Shown: positions 62,990 to 64,000 of the stretch, in pieces | How positions within the stretch are numbered: the stretch's first letter is position 1 | How the letters are laid out: every line of letters starts with the position of its first letter | Assembly: GCA_963514005.1 (NCBI GenBank) | Contig: OY740812.1 | Span: forward strand, 12,958,001 to 13,022,000 | Direction of reading: 5' to 3' | Length of the DNA: 64,000 bases | From: Raja brachyura | Taxonomy: Eukaryota | Position numbers and translations under genes: made by a program | Notes under the pieces: model-generated | The model's input: only the letters and a program-made list of their open reading frames with translations | What the model was told of the DNA's origin: nothing | Databases searched by the model: none

Positions 62990-64000
62990 GCCAATGCAGG
63001 TGATACACTGCTGACCGACATCCACTACAAACCAACTGACTCCCACAACTATCTGGACTACTCTTCCTTCCACCCTGCTTCCTGTAAAGACCCCATCCCC
63101 TATTCCCAATTCCTCCGTCTACGCCGCATCTGCTCCCAGGATGAAGTGTTCCACACCAGGTCATCACAAATGTCCTCATTCTTCAGAGAACGCGGATTCC
63201 CCTCCCCCACTATATATGAGGCTCGCACCAGGGTCTCCTCCATACCCCGCAACACTGCCCTCTCTCCCCATTCCCCCACTCGCAACAAGGGCAGAGTCCC
63301 CCTGGTCCTCACCTTTCACCCCACCAGCCGGCACATACAACACATAGTCCTCCGCCAGTTTCGCCACCTCCAACGTGACCCTACCACTCGCCACATCTTC
63401 CCATCTCCCCCCCTCCTGTCTGCCATCCGCAAAGACCGCTCCCTCCGCAACTCCCTTGTCAATTCTACCCTTCCCTCCCGCTCCACCCCTTCCCCGGGCA
63501 CTTTCCCTTACAACCGCAAGAGATGCTACACTTGACCCTTTACCTCCCCCCCCCCCCACTCCTTTCAGGGACCCAAGCAGTCCTTCCAGGTCCGAGAGAG
63601 GTTCACCTGCACCTCCTCCAACCTCATCTACTGCATCCGCTGCTCTAGATGCCAGCTGATCTATATCGGTGAGACCAAGTGGAGGCTTGGCGATCGTTTC
63701 GCCAAACACCTCCGCTCGGTCCGCAATAACCAACCCGACCTCCCGGTGGCTCAGCACTTCAACTCCCCCTCTCATTCCGTATCCGACCTCTCTGTCCAGG
63801 GCCTCGTCCACGGCCAGAGTGAGCAACACCGCAAATTGAAGGAACAGCACCTCATATGATGCTTGGGGAATTTGCATCCTCTGGGCTTGAACATTGAATT
63901 TTCTCAATTCTGTTAACCCTTGATGTCTCCTCCCCTTCCCACCTCTCCCTCAGCCCTCGGGCTCCTCCTCCTTTTTCCTTTCTTCTCCCCGCCCCCCCCT
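62990..64000 (+). mobile_element. Penelope-like element (Neptune-type), 5'-truncated: RT thumb, Cys linker and GIY-YIG endonuclease
   Basis: TDIHYKPTDSHNYLDYSSFHP...IPYSQFLRLRRICS, then NRKRCYT, then NLIYCIRCSRCQLIYIGETK.RLGDRFAKH. A few stops. Runs off the window end. Confidence 0.92.

Noticed and set aside
63176-63907. 243-aa minus-strand ORF
   Set aside because: It is the antisense shadow of the C-rich Penelope ORF.

Overview
This is vertebrate genomic DNA, not prokaryotic. The repeat content (HE1/V-SINE, Deu-type SINEs, abundant CR1 and Penelope-derived elements) suggests a cartilaginous fish, probably a skate or ray; that assignment is inference. Three spliced genes lie on the + strand. 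They are the last coding exon and long 3' region of MAP3K3, the complete CCDC47 (non-coding exon 1 in a CpG island at ~21.4 kb, 12 coding exons, 477 aa), and the complete TACO1 (CpG-island promoter with NRF1 motifs at ~56 kb, 5 coding exons, 309 aa). Introns and intergenic DNA carry CR1, Rex1/Babar, Nimb/I-type and Penelope (Neptune-type) retroelements, a full-length defective Tc1, hAT- and Harbinger-like non-autonomous elements, SINEs and one solo LTR. The most notable observations are palindromic Penelope-derived elements carrying minimal hammerhead-ribozyme cores, a solo LTR with splice donors between its TATA box and poly(A) signal, a gene order unlike human 17q23, and an in-frame upstream ATG in TACO1. 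I found no convincing new protein-coding system. Most ORF-track entries are TE fragments or chance ORFs.
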